This document shows positions 28,279 to 39,432 of a stretch of 64,000 bases of DNA, piece after piece. Below the pieces are notes generated by a model that searched no databases, was not told the DNA's origin, and saw nothing but the letters and a program-made list of their open reading frames with translations. Source of the stretch: Moniliella sp. 'wahieum' (Eukaryota); the NCBI GenBank assembly GCA_003971905.1, contig RSEE01000074.1, positions 186,001-250,000 on the forward strand, written 5' to 3'. Every line of letters starts with the position of its first letter. Position 1 is the stretch's first letter. The translations under genes were made by a program, and so were the position numbers.

Positions 28279-28790
28279 CGCGGGGGCGCATATAAAAGAG
28301 ACCGCAGTCCAACACGCCCCCGCAGCAGCCCGCAGGCAGTAGTCGCTAGTCACTAGTCGCCTTGCTCCGCGCCGACGCTGAAAAAAGCTGCCGAGCGAGG
28401 GCGCGGCGCAGCGGGCGGGGCCACGTGACCCGCCCTGCCCGCACCGCGCCGCTCTGGGCGGGCTGGGCGGGCCGACATGTGGCACGCCCGCCGGCCGGCC
28501 CAGCGCGGAGCAGCCGCCATCGCACATCGGCCACGCAGCCTACCCTCTCTCTACCCGCCGGCCCTCGGTCGTCGTTCTTCTCCTCGTCGCTTGCCGCGTC
28601 GCCCACACCGCCTCCTCTAACCCGGTGCCATGCCGCCTCCGCCCCCCTCCGCCCAGCCACGCGCTTCGTCCCCGCCCCCTCCCCGCCCGTGTCGGCGTCG
28701 TCACCACGCACACGCGCCAAGCCTCTCGCCAGCCCCTCCGCCCCCAGCTCTCTGTCCCTCCGCCGCCTCACCCGTCCCGCCGGGCTGCAC

Positions 28791-30725
28791 ATGCCCCTGG
28801 CCCTCCCCACTCCTCCTCCTTGCCCGGCACGCCGCTGCTTGTGACGCCCCCCTGCCTCGTTTCCCACCCAGCCGACTTCGACGCAGAAGAGCCGCCTGCT
28901 TTCTTTGCCCTCGCCCCGCCACCGCCGCCTCCCACGGGGCTAGCCTCCCCATCTCCTGGCCAAGCAAGTGCCGCCATTTCGCCGCCTCGACGTACCATCC
29001 AAAACACCGACACTCGTCCAGGCAGTCTGAAGGGTGCTGCCCCCGTCTCCCCTGTTTCCTTTCCGGCCAGGGTTGACCAGGCGACCACGCCGCCCCCGTC
29101 TTTTCAATCCAACGTCCCCCCTCCTGGGCGGCCAGCCAACCGCAGTCCCCAGTTCATTCCGCCTCGGGACCGGACAAGGCGGCAAGTCCGCTCCTTTTCT
29201 CTGCTCAGCCTCTCAGCCACACGCAATCCCAGCCGTTGCGCGGCCCGAAAACCGATCTTAATCTTCCCCATCTGAGCACCAGTCCGCCCAGCACCACTGG
29301 ACCTGCCGGACCAGGCCCTGTGCCGCCTCCTTTGGCCGCTGGCGCTCCCGCGCCCCTTGATCCCCCTGGATCGGTTCGGTCGCTGGATGGAGCGTTGATT
29401 GTACAGTTGGATGCGGCGACGGCCCGCACCTCTCTTGATGGTTTAGCCGATGCGCTGACTGCGCCGCCTTCGCCCGTGGTAGGCTGTACACCGACCGCGT
29501 CGCCTCCCACCTTGGCTGCCTTGGGCCTCAACCGTCACCGGTCCTTCCACTCTTCCCACCTGGTAGGCGGTGGCGGTACGCCGTCTGGTGCCGCAAAGGG
29601 TGCGGTGGCCGGACCCAGCAGTGCGATCGTGCCAAGTGCCAGCGTACCGTCCGCTGCGCCTCCTGGCGCCCCCATTCGCTCCCGCCCTGTTTCCCGTTCC
29701 CGCCCCACCTCCCGCCCGGGCTCCCGACCTCGATCTAGCTCCGGCACCCGGCTAACGGAGCCGGAGCGGCTTTTGGCCAGCACCGTGTATGCCAGCGACA
29801 CGGGGGCAGGACGCAGCTCGTCGCCGCAGTATGGTGCGACAGTACCTACCGGTTCTGGCTCGGCGCTGCTTCCCTCGGCTCCCACCCAAGGGTCAAGTCA
29901 GGCGCACGGCCCGCTCTTGGCTCCCTCGCCCGTTCGAGGCAGTTTGATGTCGATTGATGGTGCGCTGATTTGGCCGTCGGATGCGGCCACGGCGCGTACC
30001 TCGCTCGATTCGTTTGCCGATGTGCTCAGTCGACCGTCGTCGCCGTTGATTTTGACGCCGAGCGTGTCGATGGTGGCGGGCGGGGGGTCGATGGCGCCGA
30101 GCCGGCTGCCCCGCGGGCCTTCGAGCACCAGTATGGGCGAGCTGGTTCCGTCGCCGATTGGGTTCGGAGCGGGACAAGGTCACCCTTCTTCTCCGTTGCA
30201 CTCGCCGGCCCGTTCGCCGGCCCGTTCGCCGCTTTGCTCGCCCGCCCGCTCTCCGCTGCTCTTGGCTCGGTCCCCACGGTCCTCGTTTGGCTTGCCCCCC
30301 TCGGTCGCGGCAGCTGCGTCGGCAGCGGTGGTGCAAGCTGCCTGCCCGCCGACCAGCACCTCGCCTCCGCCCTTGGCTACGCGCACCACCTCCTTATCCA
30401 AGCACGCGCCCGTGCCTGGATCGCCCTTGGCGGTGCTGGTCAACGCGACCCGGCTAGCGCGCCCCGCTCCTCATCTCGTCCTCGCTCTTCTGGCTCCTAT
30501 ATGACCCGGCCCACCACGAGTCCCGGCAGCCTCCGTTCGGTCGATGGCGCGCTCATCTCGCCTGCTGATGCGGCGACGGAACGAACGAGCCTCGATGCGT
30601 GGGCTTCGACCTACGCTGCTTCCTCCTCCCCCGTGGCCCGAGGCCGGGGAACACTCGGATTCCCCTCCCCCTCGCCCCGCAGGTCCACCGTTCTGCCGGG
30701 TGTGCCAGCCCCCCGTCTTGCCTAG
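28791..30725 (+). CDS. Pro/Ser-rich hypothetical protein with three copies of a ~35-aa repeat
   Basis: ORFs 28625-29275, 29236-30504 and 29970-30725 tile; repeats GSxxSxDGALIxxxDAATxRTSLD at ~29365, ~29935 and ~30522. Confidence 0.65.
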
Positions 30726-31600
30726 CCCAAACCGGCCTCGGCCGCTTGAAGCTGCCAGGATCGATGCTCACAGGTAGGAGTTGGTTTCCGAGTGAGGCGT
30801 CGGGAGGGTGTGGTGCGGGGAGGGGATGGAATCGGCTTTGGAGTTGGAGTTGGTTTGCCACATGGTTGGTTGTTTTATTTGTTTATTTGCTGTTTGTCTT
30901 CTTGACCGGTTCGCGGTCTCTCGGTCTCTGTCCGCATCCAGGTGGGCTGGCGAGATTTGCTGGCGACTGTGGATGGAGGGATGAGTTGGTTCGTTGGGGC
31001 TATGCGTGTGAATAAGGGATTGGGAATGAGCGCTGGGTGGCATCCCGGTGCGCGTCGGACTGGTTGGACGAATGATAGGGGGAAACCTGTTCGGGGGGGT
31101 ACTAGGCCAGGTGGGTTGGCATCAGTACATCCAAGTCAGGTGAAAGGGCCAGCGTCCATCTGGGGTAATTCCGACCTTAGGTAATTTAACTCGCTGTGCC
31201 AAGTTTTAGCGTGCGGAGGATTACGTTGGGGGGGCGAGCGGAATGGGAGGGGCAGCGGAACGGACTGGGGGGTGGAATTCGGGATTGGTCATGCCATGCC
31301 GGCCTCCGACGACGCGCGACACGAGACGCGACACGCCACGGGGAGGGACGCGCGCGGGGAGGCGGGCACTGGGCGGGTGCGGGTGCCGAGGCTGGACGTG
31401 TCGCTGTGGGAGGCGGGCGCACGCGTCGTGATGTGGGCTGCGTGCTGGGCAGGCGCGGGGCAGAGGCGCGCATCGTGCGCAGCGCCCAGGCGGCGATTGT
31501 ACATCACGTCCGCCCGCCCATCACCGCCTCCTCACCCCCCACCACCCAGCCGACAACGTACATCTGTCTCATCCAAGCCCGATTGGGTTATCTGTTCCTG

Positions 31601-33256
31601 ATGCTCCACCCCGCCCCGGCCCCACCCGACCACGCGTCCGCCGACGCACGCTCCGAGCTCGCCGCCCGCCTCCTCCACGCCCGCCTCGTCGCCACCACCA
31701 CCACCGCCGCCGCCGGCACCCTCCCCACCCCCGGTCCCCACCGCCGCCGCGCCTCTCCTCGCCCTACACGCCCATCGTCTCCCCCGCCGCCGCCAAGCCC
31801 CCCAGCCCATGCCCTGGCCCAGCCCTCCATCGACGCCCTCATCGCCGCTGAGAATAGCGGGCGGTGCGGCGTCCCGCCCCCTCCCGCCGAACCAGCGTCG
31901 TCGACCATGTCAAGCTCGCTCAGTGCCCCCACCCTCGACAGCTTGCCGCCGGGACACCAGGCTCACTGGCCTTCGGCGCCGTCCAAGGCTCCGTCAACCC
32001 GCCTGCCGAGGTACCCATACCGCTTGCCTCGCCCCACTTGGCCTCCGCCCCGAAAGACATCTACGCCGATGTGTTTGGGCCCTTGGTCCATGCCCCGCCG
32101 CCGTCGCTGCCGGGATCGTCGTGCGCACAGGTCCCTTCGTCTCCTTTGCCCCATGCCTGCTGCCCTGCCTGTCCGCCTTCCCTCGGGGCCGCTCGAACGC
32201 CGCGCAAGCCCGAAACGGCCCGCTCCAGCTCGCGGCCACGCAGGGTAGCTCGCCATGCCTCTCCGGTGCGCGAACGCGACGCAGCCCGGCGCCACAGTCG
32301 TACTCGTGCGCGCACCATGGCGGTACACCCGTACCCATACCAACCGGTGCCTATGCCAGCTAACTCGGACCCGTTCCCCACCACGCCCAAGAGCAGTGCC
32401 GTACCCCTCCTGCTTCCAGTACCACCAAGCCATCCTTGGCCTACGTGTTGGGGCTTGGCTCGGTCGTCGGATCACGCACCCCCCCGCCCGCGCGGGAGGA
32501 ATCGGACATGTTTGCTTCGTGTGACCAATCGCCGCTGCGCTCAGTGCAGCTGGACAAGGCGACGGATGACGAAGCGCAGGTGATGCACCTTTTGGCTGCC
32601 TCGCCCAGTCCCGCCCGCGCTTCCCCGCGGCGCCGGCCCGCCCCCAGCCTGGCGTTGGGGTCGCGATCCAGTGCCCGTGCCAGTACCAATCCCGTGGGCT
32701 TGGGCTTGGGCTTGGGCTTGGGCTTGGGAATCGATCTGGATGCGCGAGAAGCAGTTGGCGCCGCATCTCCTATGGCGTTGACCCACCCCAAGATCCTGAC
32801 CGTAGATTGGAGTCTCACTGGCATCAGGCGGGGTGCTCCTGGGCGTCTGTTTCTGCCGCTACTTCCTCTGCCGAAGCCGGGGAAAAGAGGACAAGCGGTG
32901 TGGTGATGCCACCGCCTGGTCGATCAGGTGCAGTGCCGCGCACGCCGCCCCCCCGCTCGCGACGTCCGCCTGGCACGCCCCCGCAACGCCGCCCAACCAA
33001 ATCGCTGGCACGGTCGCCAGCCACAAGCACCCGGGAGCACAGTGAGCTATGTGGGACGCAATGTGTCCCCTTCCCCTTTGCCTCGGGGTTCGTCACCCCG
33101 GCGCCGCGACCGGCACGGCACCGTACGCCCGGCAGGTGGATGTCCACGCCCTCGCGGCTAGCCAAAGAGCAACGAGAACAAATTCTTACCCCGGGCCCGC
33201 GCTCAGCGTCCGGCCGTCTCGGCATGCGCATTCGCGCTCGTGGGCGTCTCCGTTGA
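31601..33256 (+). CDS. Disordered S/TP-rich protein, possibly a Whi5/Nrm1/Stb1-like G1/S regulator; frameshifted
   Basis: N-terminal ARSELAARLLHARLVA helix, later DDEAQVMHLLAASPSPAR motif, and many SP/TP sites. Family call is by motif resemblance only. Confidence 0.4.
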
Positions 33257-34065
33257 AGCGTATGGTCTTCCTGGTGCACGGTCCGAGGACCTGCTTGGCC
33301 CCATGTTGCCCGCATCTCAATCTTCCCCCTTCCTTGGCCCAAGTGCTGTTGTCGCTTCGCGCCCGCCTCGTCCACGAGAACCCGACGAGCTGGCTGCCCA
33401 CCCGTAATCCCCTTAGCGGCATTTTTGTGTCTTCTTTTCCTTCCTTTTCTTTGAGCCTTTGCTGTTCTTGTTGCACTGCTGTGCTCTACGTTGGCCGGCT
33501 CTTGCAGTTCAGGGCCCTCCTTACGGTTTTTTGGTCCGTTTCGCCATGCCTCCCCTTCTGTATCCTTGCCTCTAATCTGGGGCAGTTACCGTACCCCCTG
33601 CCCGTCTCTTCTGCCTCATTCTTCTGTCTGGTCCCTTTCTGTGTTGGCATGTATGACTAATTGCCTCGAGATGGGGTTGAAAACTGGCGTTGCCTTTGCT
33701 CTTTCACGATTGAGTGGTAAGTAGAAGAGCGAAACGAGGTAGGCAATCTTTGTGACCCGATTGGCTTATTAGCTCGTCGCAGGTATCCTGATCCTACGCC
33801 TCCTATACTACGCTTCGGTTGCGTAGCGTAACAGGGGCGCGAAAGAACAAGTTTGAAAGAGGGGATCATCGATCAGATCATCGGCCTTCCGATCGGCAGC
33901 GGCGGGTGGAACGTGGACACAAGTAAAACAGCGTGGCTGACGCCTAACTAGGGAGGGCTTCCCAGTGGTCCCACCACCACACCAATGGCACCAGCACGCC
34001 TTGTCGCTCTGGCCCTCCCAGCCACGGTTCGCATCCGGCCCGGGTGGGTAGCAAGGACTGGATGG

Positions 34066-35135
34066 ATGGCGCGGCGGCGCGGGGTTCGACCAGCGCCGGC
34101 CAGCCAGCTGGTTGACGCAGTTGTCCGGCCTCGTTAGCCCGCTCCAACCTCCATCGGGGCGCGCCGCACACCAACCAGTGCTTCTCCCGGTCCGGCGAGC
34201 GACTTGCCTGAGGGCACACGTGTCTACACACAGACCAAAGTGTTGCCCTACACGCAAGCGCAGCTGTTTGCCATGGTGGCCGATGTGGATCGCTACCACG
34301 AGTTTTTGCCCTTTGCACCATGAGCCGCGTGGTTGGTCCGGCCGATGCGGCAGCGCCTGCGCCTGCGTCTGACCGCCCATCCGCCCCCCCCCAACGCAGG
34401 ACCCGAGTCCGGCGACGCCGTTGGACCCACATCCCCAGGCGGCGGGGGAAGAATCCGTATTTCGCCTGCCTCAGTCGTTACGGCCACGTCGGGTGCCATG
34501 TCGAGCATGCGTGGGCCCGCAGCCCGCCCCGCCTGCCCAGCCTACCCTCTCTTCCCGCCTTGGCCCGGCTGGTGTCCCACTTGGAACACTGGGCTAAGCC
34601 TTCCTCCTCCCCTTTCTCCGCTCCATCTGCCCACCACCCCCACCACTTTCTCCTCGCCCCACCGTCCGCATGGCCATGCACCACCTCCTTCTCCTTCTCC
34701 TTCTTCTCTGCTCCTCTCCTCCCCCTCCTGTGACCTCACGCGCACTTCTGGCCGATTTGGGAATTGGGTATGGTGCGTTCAAGGAAGAGTACCGGAGCAA
34801 GGTCGAGTTGACGGCCAAGAACAAGTCAAGGTGCGTTCTGCGTTTGTCTCGCTCGGCGCCTCTGGATTCCGTACTAACCAGGTTCGGTGGATGGGCTGTT
34901 AGGCAACCGCCTTGCCCGGCTCCATCCGCTCTTTACCCACCTCAGTACCACCTGGCGCCTCACCCCCTTGGCCCAGGGTACAGCGACGCAGATTGACTAT
35001 ACGTTGGCCTATGGGTTTGCTCATCCGGCCCATGCGTGGGTGGCAGGCGCCGTGTTTGCGCGCACGGCAGCAATGATTATGCATGCGTTCGAACACCGGG
35101 CTCAAACGTTGTACGCGCCCCACACTGAGCAATGA
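34066..35135 (+). CDS. COQ10: Coenzyme Q-binding START/polyketide-cyclase-fold protein
   Basis: Presequence-like start, then VLPYTQAQLFAMVADVDRYHEFLPF..SRVVG, ALLADLGIGYGAFKEEYRSKV, intron ~34831-34902, PLFTHLSTTWRLTP...TQIDYTLAYGFAHPAHAWVAGAVF...MIMHAFEHRAQTLY. Confidence 0.85.
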
Positions 35136-35343
35136 GCATGAACCAAATCGACGGCCAAACCATGTGCCTTCTCTCTCGCGTTCGTTTTCACGCTTCAGCT
35201 GCTACTTACGACAGGAGAAGGGGCAGTCCCACTGGAGAGGAGGTAAGACGGGACAGTATCGTATAGGCGCGGTGCGGAAGCAGGGAAGGGAGACTTCGGG
35301 CCGGCAAGCCGGCGGGCAGCGAGCAAGCCCGTTCCGGACGGGG

Positions 35344-36479
35344 TCAAGAAGAAGTGGGGGTGTTGACTTTGGTGGTCTGGTCACTGGCGTCGGACTCGAT
35401 GGCTACCGGGGTAGGCTCGGGCGGCACGTCTTGCGCGCGGGAGCGCGGGAGCGCATGCAACATGCCTGCCCGCCACACAAAGCTCAGTCCCATGCCTACC
35501 AGCACCGCGCCCCGGGCCAGATTCGGGTCCCATGCCCCGCCCGGGGCTAGCACGGCCCGCGCCGGGCGCCACCCATCCTTCCAGTGGCTCCTCTCTCTGG
35601 AGCGAGGTGGTAGCGAGCCAGATCAGGCTAGCGAACAAGGCGGACCAAATGTCGTGCGAGGCAACCCAGCTGGTCGCAGCTAGGAACGGGGGCGTGCTGA
35701 GCCGCCAGCCTACCGGGTGGGCCATGTTGAACGTGCCGACCAGTTGGCCGCCGCCTCCGCCGGTCAAGGCGGCGAGGAGAAAGACTAGGAGCGTTGGTGT
35801 GGTCGGCGGTAGCGAAGCTAGCGTGCCCAACACCCCCCCGGAACGAGTGATGGCATCAAACGGTGCCAACAGCGCATCGAGCAGCGCCATGGGCAACGGC
35901 GGCTGCGAGGCATCCTTTGGGCCTCCACCGAGGGCCAAAACAAAGGAACGCGAGGTGAGGCAGAAGGTAGACAAGCCAAGGACCTGAGTGAGCAGCACAC
36001 TGGGCGTACCAAAGTACGGGGCTGATAAAGCGCCCCCCCACGCCTACGATGTGTTGCAGAGGCCGTCAGCCAGCGCGCCGAGCACCTCACCAAACACAAC
36101 TACCACCAACGTACCATGGCCAAAAACCCAGCCACGTCGCGCTGCCACGTCCACCGCCTGTTCCCGGGCGGTGCGACGAGCGTAGGCACGTGCTTCGTGC
36201 TCCAGAGCGCGGCGGCTCAGCTTGGAGTTCGGGTTGAGGAGGAGCGCCGTGTCGAGGTAGTGCGTCAGGAGATCGTGTTGGTATGCGGCATGTGCTTGCG
36301 CCCGCGCCGAACGCCAATTGGCACTGACCCCAGTGCATGCAGCACGCCCAGCACGGCACCGGTCCGCTCGCAGCCCCAGCCCATACGCCAAGGCCAAGGC
36401 GGGAACGACGGCAGGGCAATTGGGCGGTGCGCAGGGACTGGTCCGCGGCGGCAATCTGGGCCAAGAGAGGGCTGGTCAT
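35344..36479 (-). CDS. Multi-pass membrane protein, TRIC-channel-like glycine-rich family; frameshifted
   Basis: Several hydrophobic helices (GTLVVVVFGEVLGAL; LLDALLAPFDAITRSGGV; LLVFLLAALTGGGGGQLVGTFNM...WRLSTPPFL; DIWSALFASLIW; ARGAVLVGMGLSFVWRA). The GGGGG helix kink resembles TRIC/UPF0126 repeats. Confidence 0.55.
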
Positions 36480-37076
36480 GGTGACAAGTAGGCAAGCGGA
36501 CGCAAGCAGGCGCAGGCGAGCGCTGGCACGAGTGGTGATGGAAAGAAAGCCACACTTCCAGGGGTGCTCGCGCGTCGGGCCGAATCGCGCGCCCGGAATA
36601 GCGGAGCTTTCGGCACGGCTATCTATCTGAGGTCTGATGGCATCACGCTCCCTATTCTATTACTCCTGTTTCTTCTGCCCCCGGGTAGCAGCTACCCCCT
36701 CGTCTCGATCCGAACAGGCAGGCGAAGTGTTGATGCAGAATGGACAACATCTAGACAGCAGAAAGTAACTTTGCTTCTGGTGTGCCATGCCAGGCTGCCT
36801 CAGCCAATATATACGTCGGATCACATCGATCCAACCTCAAGAGAAATGATTTTCTAGCCCAAATCAAAGCACCCAGACCAACGTGCCAGTGTTCTCTAGC
36901 CAAACCAATAGATAGAAGGGGGAAAGGGACAAGGTGAAGATGAAGATGACGCTGAAGCTAAAGCCTCACTCGAAGACCATCCCGCTGAGCAGCACCTCAG
37001 CGCTAAAAGCAAAAGGAGGATCGAACCTGGGCGTGGACGGCAGGTTATGAGACCGCCGCGCTTGCCCATCCAATGC

Positions 37077-37858
37077 TCAAACCTTGTCCTCTGTCGACGC
37101 CGACCTGCGTCCCGAGAAGAAACGTTCAAACCAGCACCCGCCCCAGACTGCTTCGCAGCGCGCCTGGACGTTCGGCGGAGTCGGTCCAGGGGAACAATGG
37201 CATCCAGAAGGGAGCCCAGCTCCGTCACAAACGCCCGGAACGCACCACACGTCCATTTTGCACAAACAAGTCCAGCACATGTGCCGCCCCGCTCAGCTCG
37301 CCGCCCCGGGGTGGCCCAACGGTGGCAGCCTGTTGGCCCGAAGCGGCTGTCGTCCACGCCTCGAGGTACAGCTTCTCCATTGCCCAGAGCAACGTCATCT
37401 GCTCCTCTGGTGAGCCGGTTTGGCCAACTTCGAGCATGTACAGGCAGTACGCTTGGGTCACAGGAGCATAGGGCGCCATGAGCGAGGTACTGTCCCCTCC
37501 CAAATCCAAATTCCAATGCGCCGCCGTATCTTCAAAAACTGCACCCCCACCACGTTCGAGATGGCACCCGACAAAACAGCACGAATGCGGGAGCCGTAGG
37601 TGCACGTCAACGAGGTTCCCTCGGCATCTGCCAACGTAGCAGCCGGGCCAGCATCAGGCCGGCGAAACGAAGGTACCCCCACCCCGGCATAGAGCCGGTC
37701 CTGAGCCAGCCACGCCTCGATATGTTCGTTGGAAAGCGTCTTGGCCGCAGCGGCCGTCAAAAGGATGAGCGATCGCCGCAGGTACGCCCTGGCTCCAGGC
37801 AATCAGGTGAGCCGAAAACCCACCTACTGCCACCGGTCGCGGCAGGCACCGGGAGCAT
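37077..37858 (-). CDS. TenA/THI-4/Pet18-family (heme-oxygenase-like fold) thiamine-salvage domain; start unclear, possibly fused to upstream ORF
   Basis: FSAHLIAW...AIAHPF/LTAAAAKTLSNEHIEAWLAQDRLYA..YLRFAGLML...AISNV..(E)VQFFEDTA...PVTQAYCLYM...LLWAMEKLYLEAWTTA...LFVQ(N)WTCGAFRAFVTELGSLLD...FERFF, the characteristic fungal TenA-E pattern. Confidence 0.85.
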
Positions 37859-38054
37859 CGCCGGTCCCGTAGGGACGATCCGGTCGGGATGGGGAACCAA
37901 CGTTCGGGGGGCGAGGGTCGGAACAGACGACGAAGTAAGTCCTCTGACCGTCTTGGGGCCGACGAGGGCGAGGCAGCATGCCCCACGCGATATACAGGAT
38001 CGGGATGGGCGGATGAGCGAGCTAGGCAGGGTGATGCGTGAGTGGGCTTGGGGG

Positions 38055-39432
38055 TCAACTTGAGACTCGTGCGAGTGCTGGTATCGGTGCGGCGGACCCA
38101 GTTGCGGAGGTCGGTGTGGGATTGGAGCTGGTGCTGGTGCGGTGGAGCGAGTCGAGTGTAAGCTCGAAGTCGAGTGCGAGTGCGGATGGAGTGCGAATGA
38201 GGGTGGAATGGGAGTGCGAGTGAGAGCGCGAATGGGAGTGCGGATGTTGGTGCGAGTGGGAGTGGGTAGAGGGGGAGGGCGAGACGGGTGATTCGGTGAG
38301 TCGGGTGGTAAGACAACGGTCCATGAGATTGCGGGGCAGTGCTGCTGCGCTGCCCAAGGGTGAGGTGGGGCGGTACAAAGGGATGGTTTGGTGTCTTGTG
38401 TGCCGGTTCATGTACAGGCGCGGAAGATGGGTGCGTGGGGAGATTCGCCAAAGGAGCCATAGTCATATGCAGAAGGCGGATCCGGCTCGTACCCCATGCC
38501 GGCTGGCTCAGGGGGTACTCTTCTCGCTTGTATGGGACACGGAGCACCCCCACATCCGGCTCGAGGGGCAAAAGGTTGGGCACCCCAGGGAAGGCGGGGT
38601 GGGAGAAAACCCAGACACCGGGGTGGAAGAGAGACCAGTAAAAGGCGGTGCGGTCACGATGGAGTCGCATCGGGCGCAGAGGCGCATGTCCCAGGCCCGA
38701 TGCGGAGCCCAAGCCTGATGAGCGGAGCCAGATCCAGACCGGATGCAGTAGCTAGGGAGTGGAGCTTGGGGTCGGATCTAGATCTTCACGCTGCAACCCA
38801 GTTGCGACATACTTGTGCCATGTGTCGAACCAGAGAGGCAACCGTTTGGTCTCGTTACTGCTCATCCCGCCTGAGGGGGAGGGATCCGAGGCAGAGGCAG
38901 GGCCGAGTTGGGAGAAGTTTGACGCAGGCGGGGCAGATGGGACAGATTTAGTCAGGTCAAAGGGGGAAGAGGGAGAAGCCTCCGTTGGGTCGACACGGAG
39001 ATACTGCAGCTGCCGGATCGTCCTTGTCGCCATCAGGCTTATCTGAGCTGAAGAGGCTGTACCACTTTTTTCAAAGTGGTGATGCGGGAGCGCACTGCCG
39101 ACGCAGAAAAGGGGACAGAGGTGCCAGAGGCAAGCTCGCCCAGAACGCTGTACATGGCGCGATTGGAATTGCGAAAGTGGGGGCGGCCAGCAGCATGGCG
39201 GGCGCGCTTGAATGCGCGGGAGCCGTCATCGGTCTCGTCGTGCTCGTCCTGTTCGACAGAAAGGTTGGGGTCGTCGGGAGGTGGGTTGTCGGCGGGGTGC
39301 GAGAAGGATAGACGATCTGCTGGACGAGATGGGGGTCGGAAGCGAGTGCGCGGACGAGGCGCAGGTCATCGTGCGGGGTCCAGCGGCGGTTGATGCGCTT
39401 TTTGGCCAGCGACGCGGGCGGGGAGAGGCCAT
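38055..39432 (-). CDS. Myb/SANT-like DNA-binding domain protein; frameshifted
   Basis: LAKKRINRRWTPHDDLRLVRALASDP ... SASAVRSRITTLKKWY, helix-1 and helix-3 patterns of Myb/SANT-like domains, followed by Ser/Pro/His-rich sequence. Confidence 0.5.

Noticed and set aside
36900..38100. TPP riboswitch near the TenA gene
   Set aside because: The conserved CTGAGA...GAACTTGAT...AATACC.GCG pattern was not found by eye.
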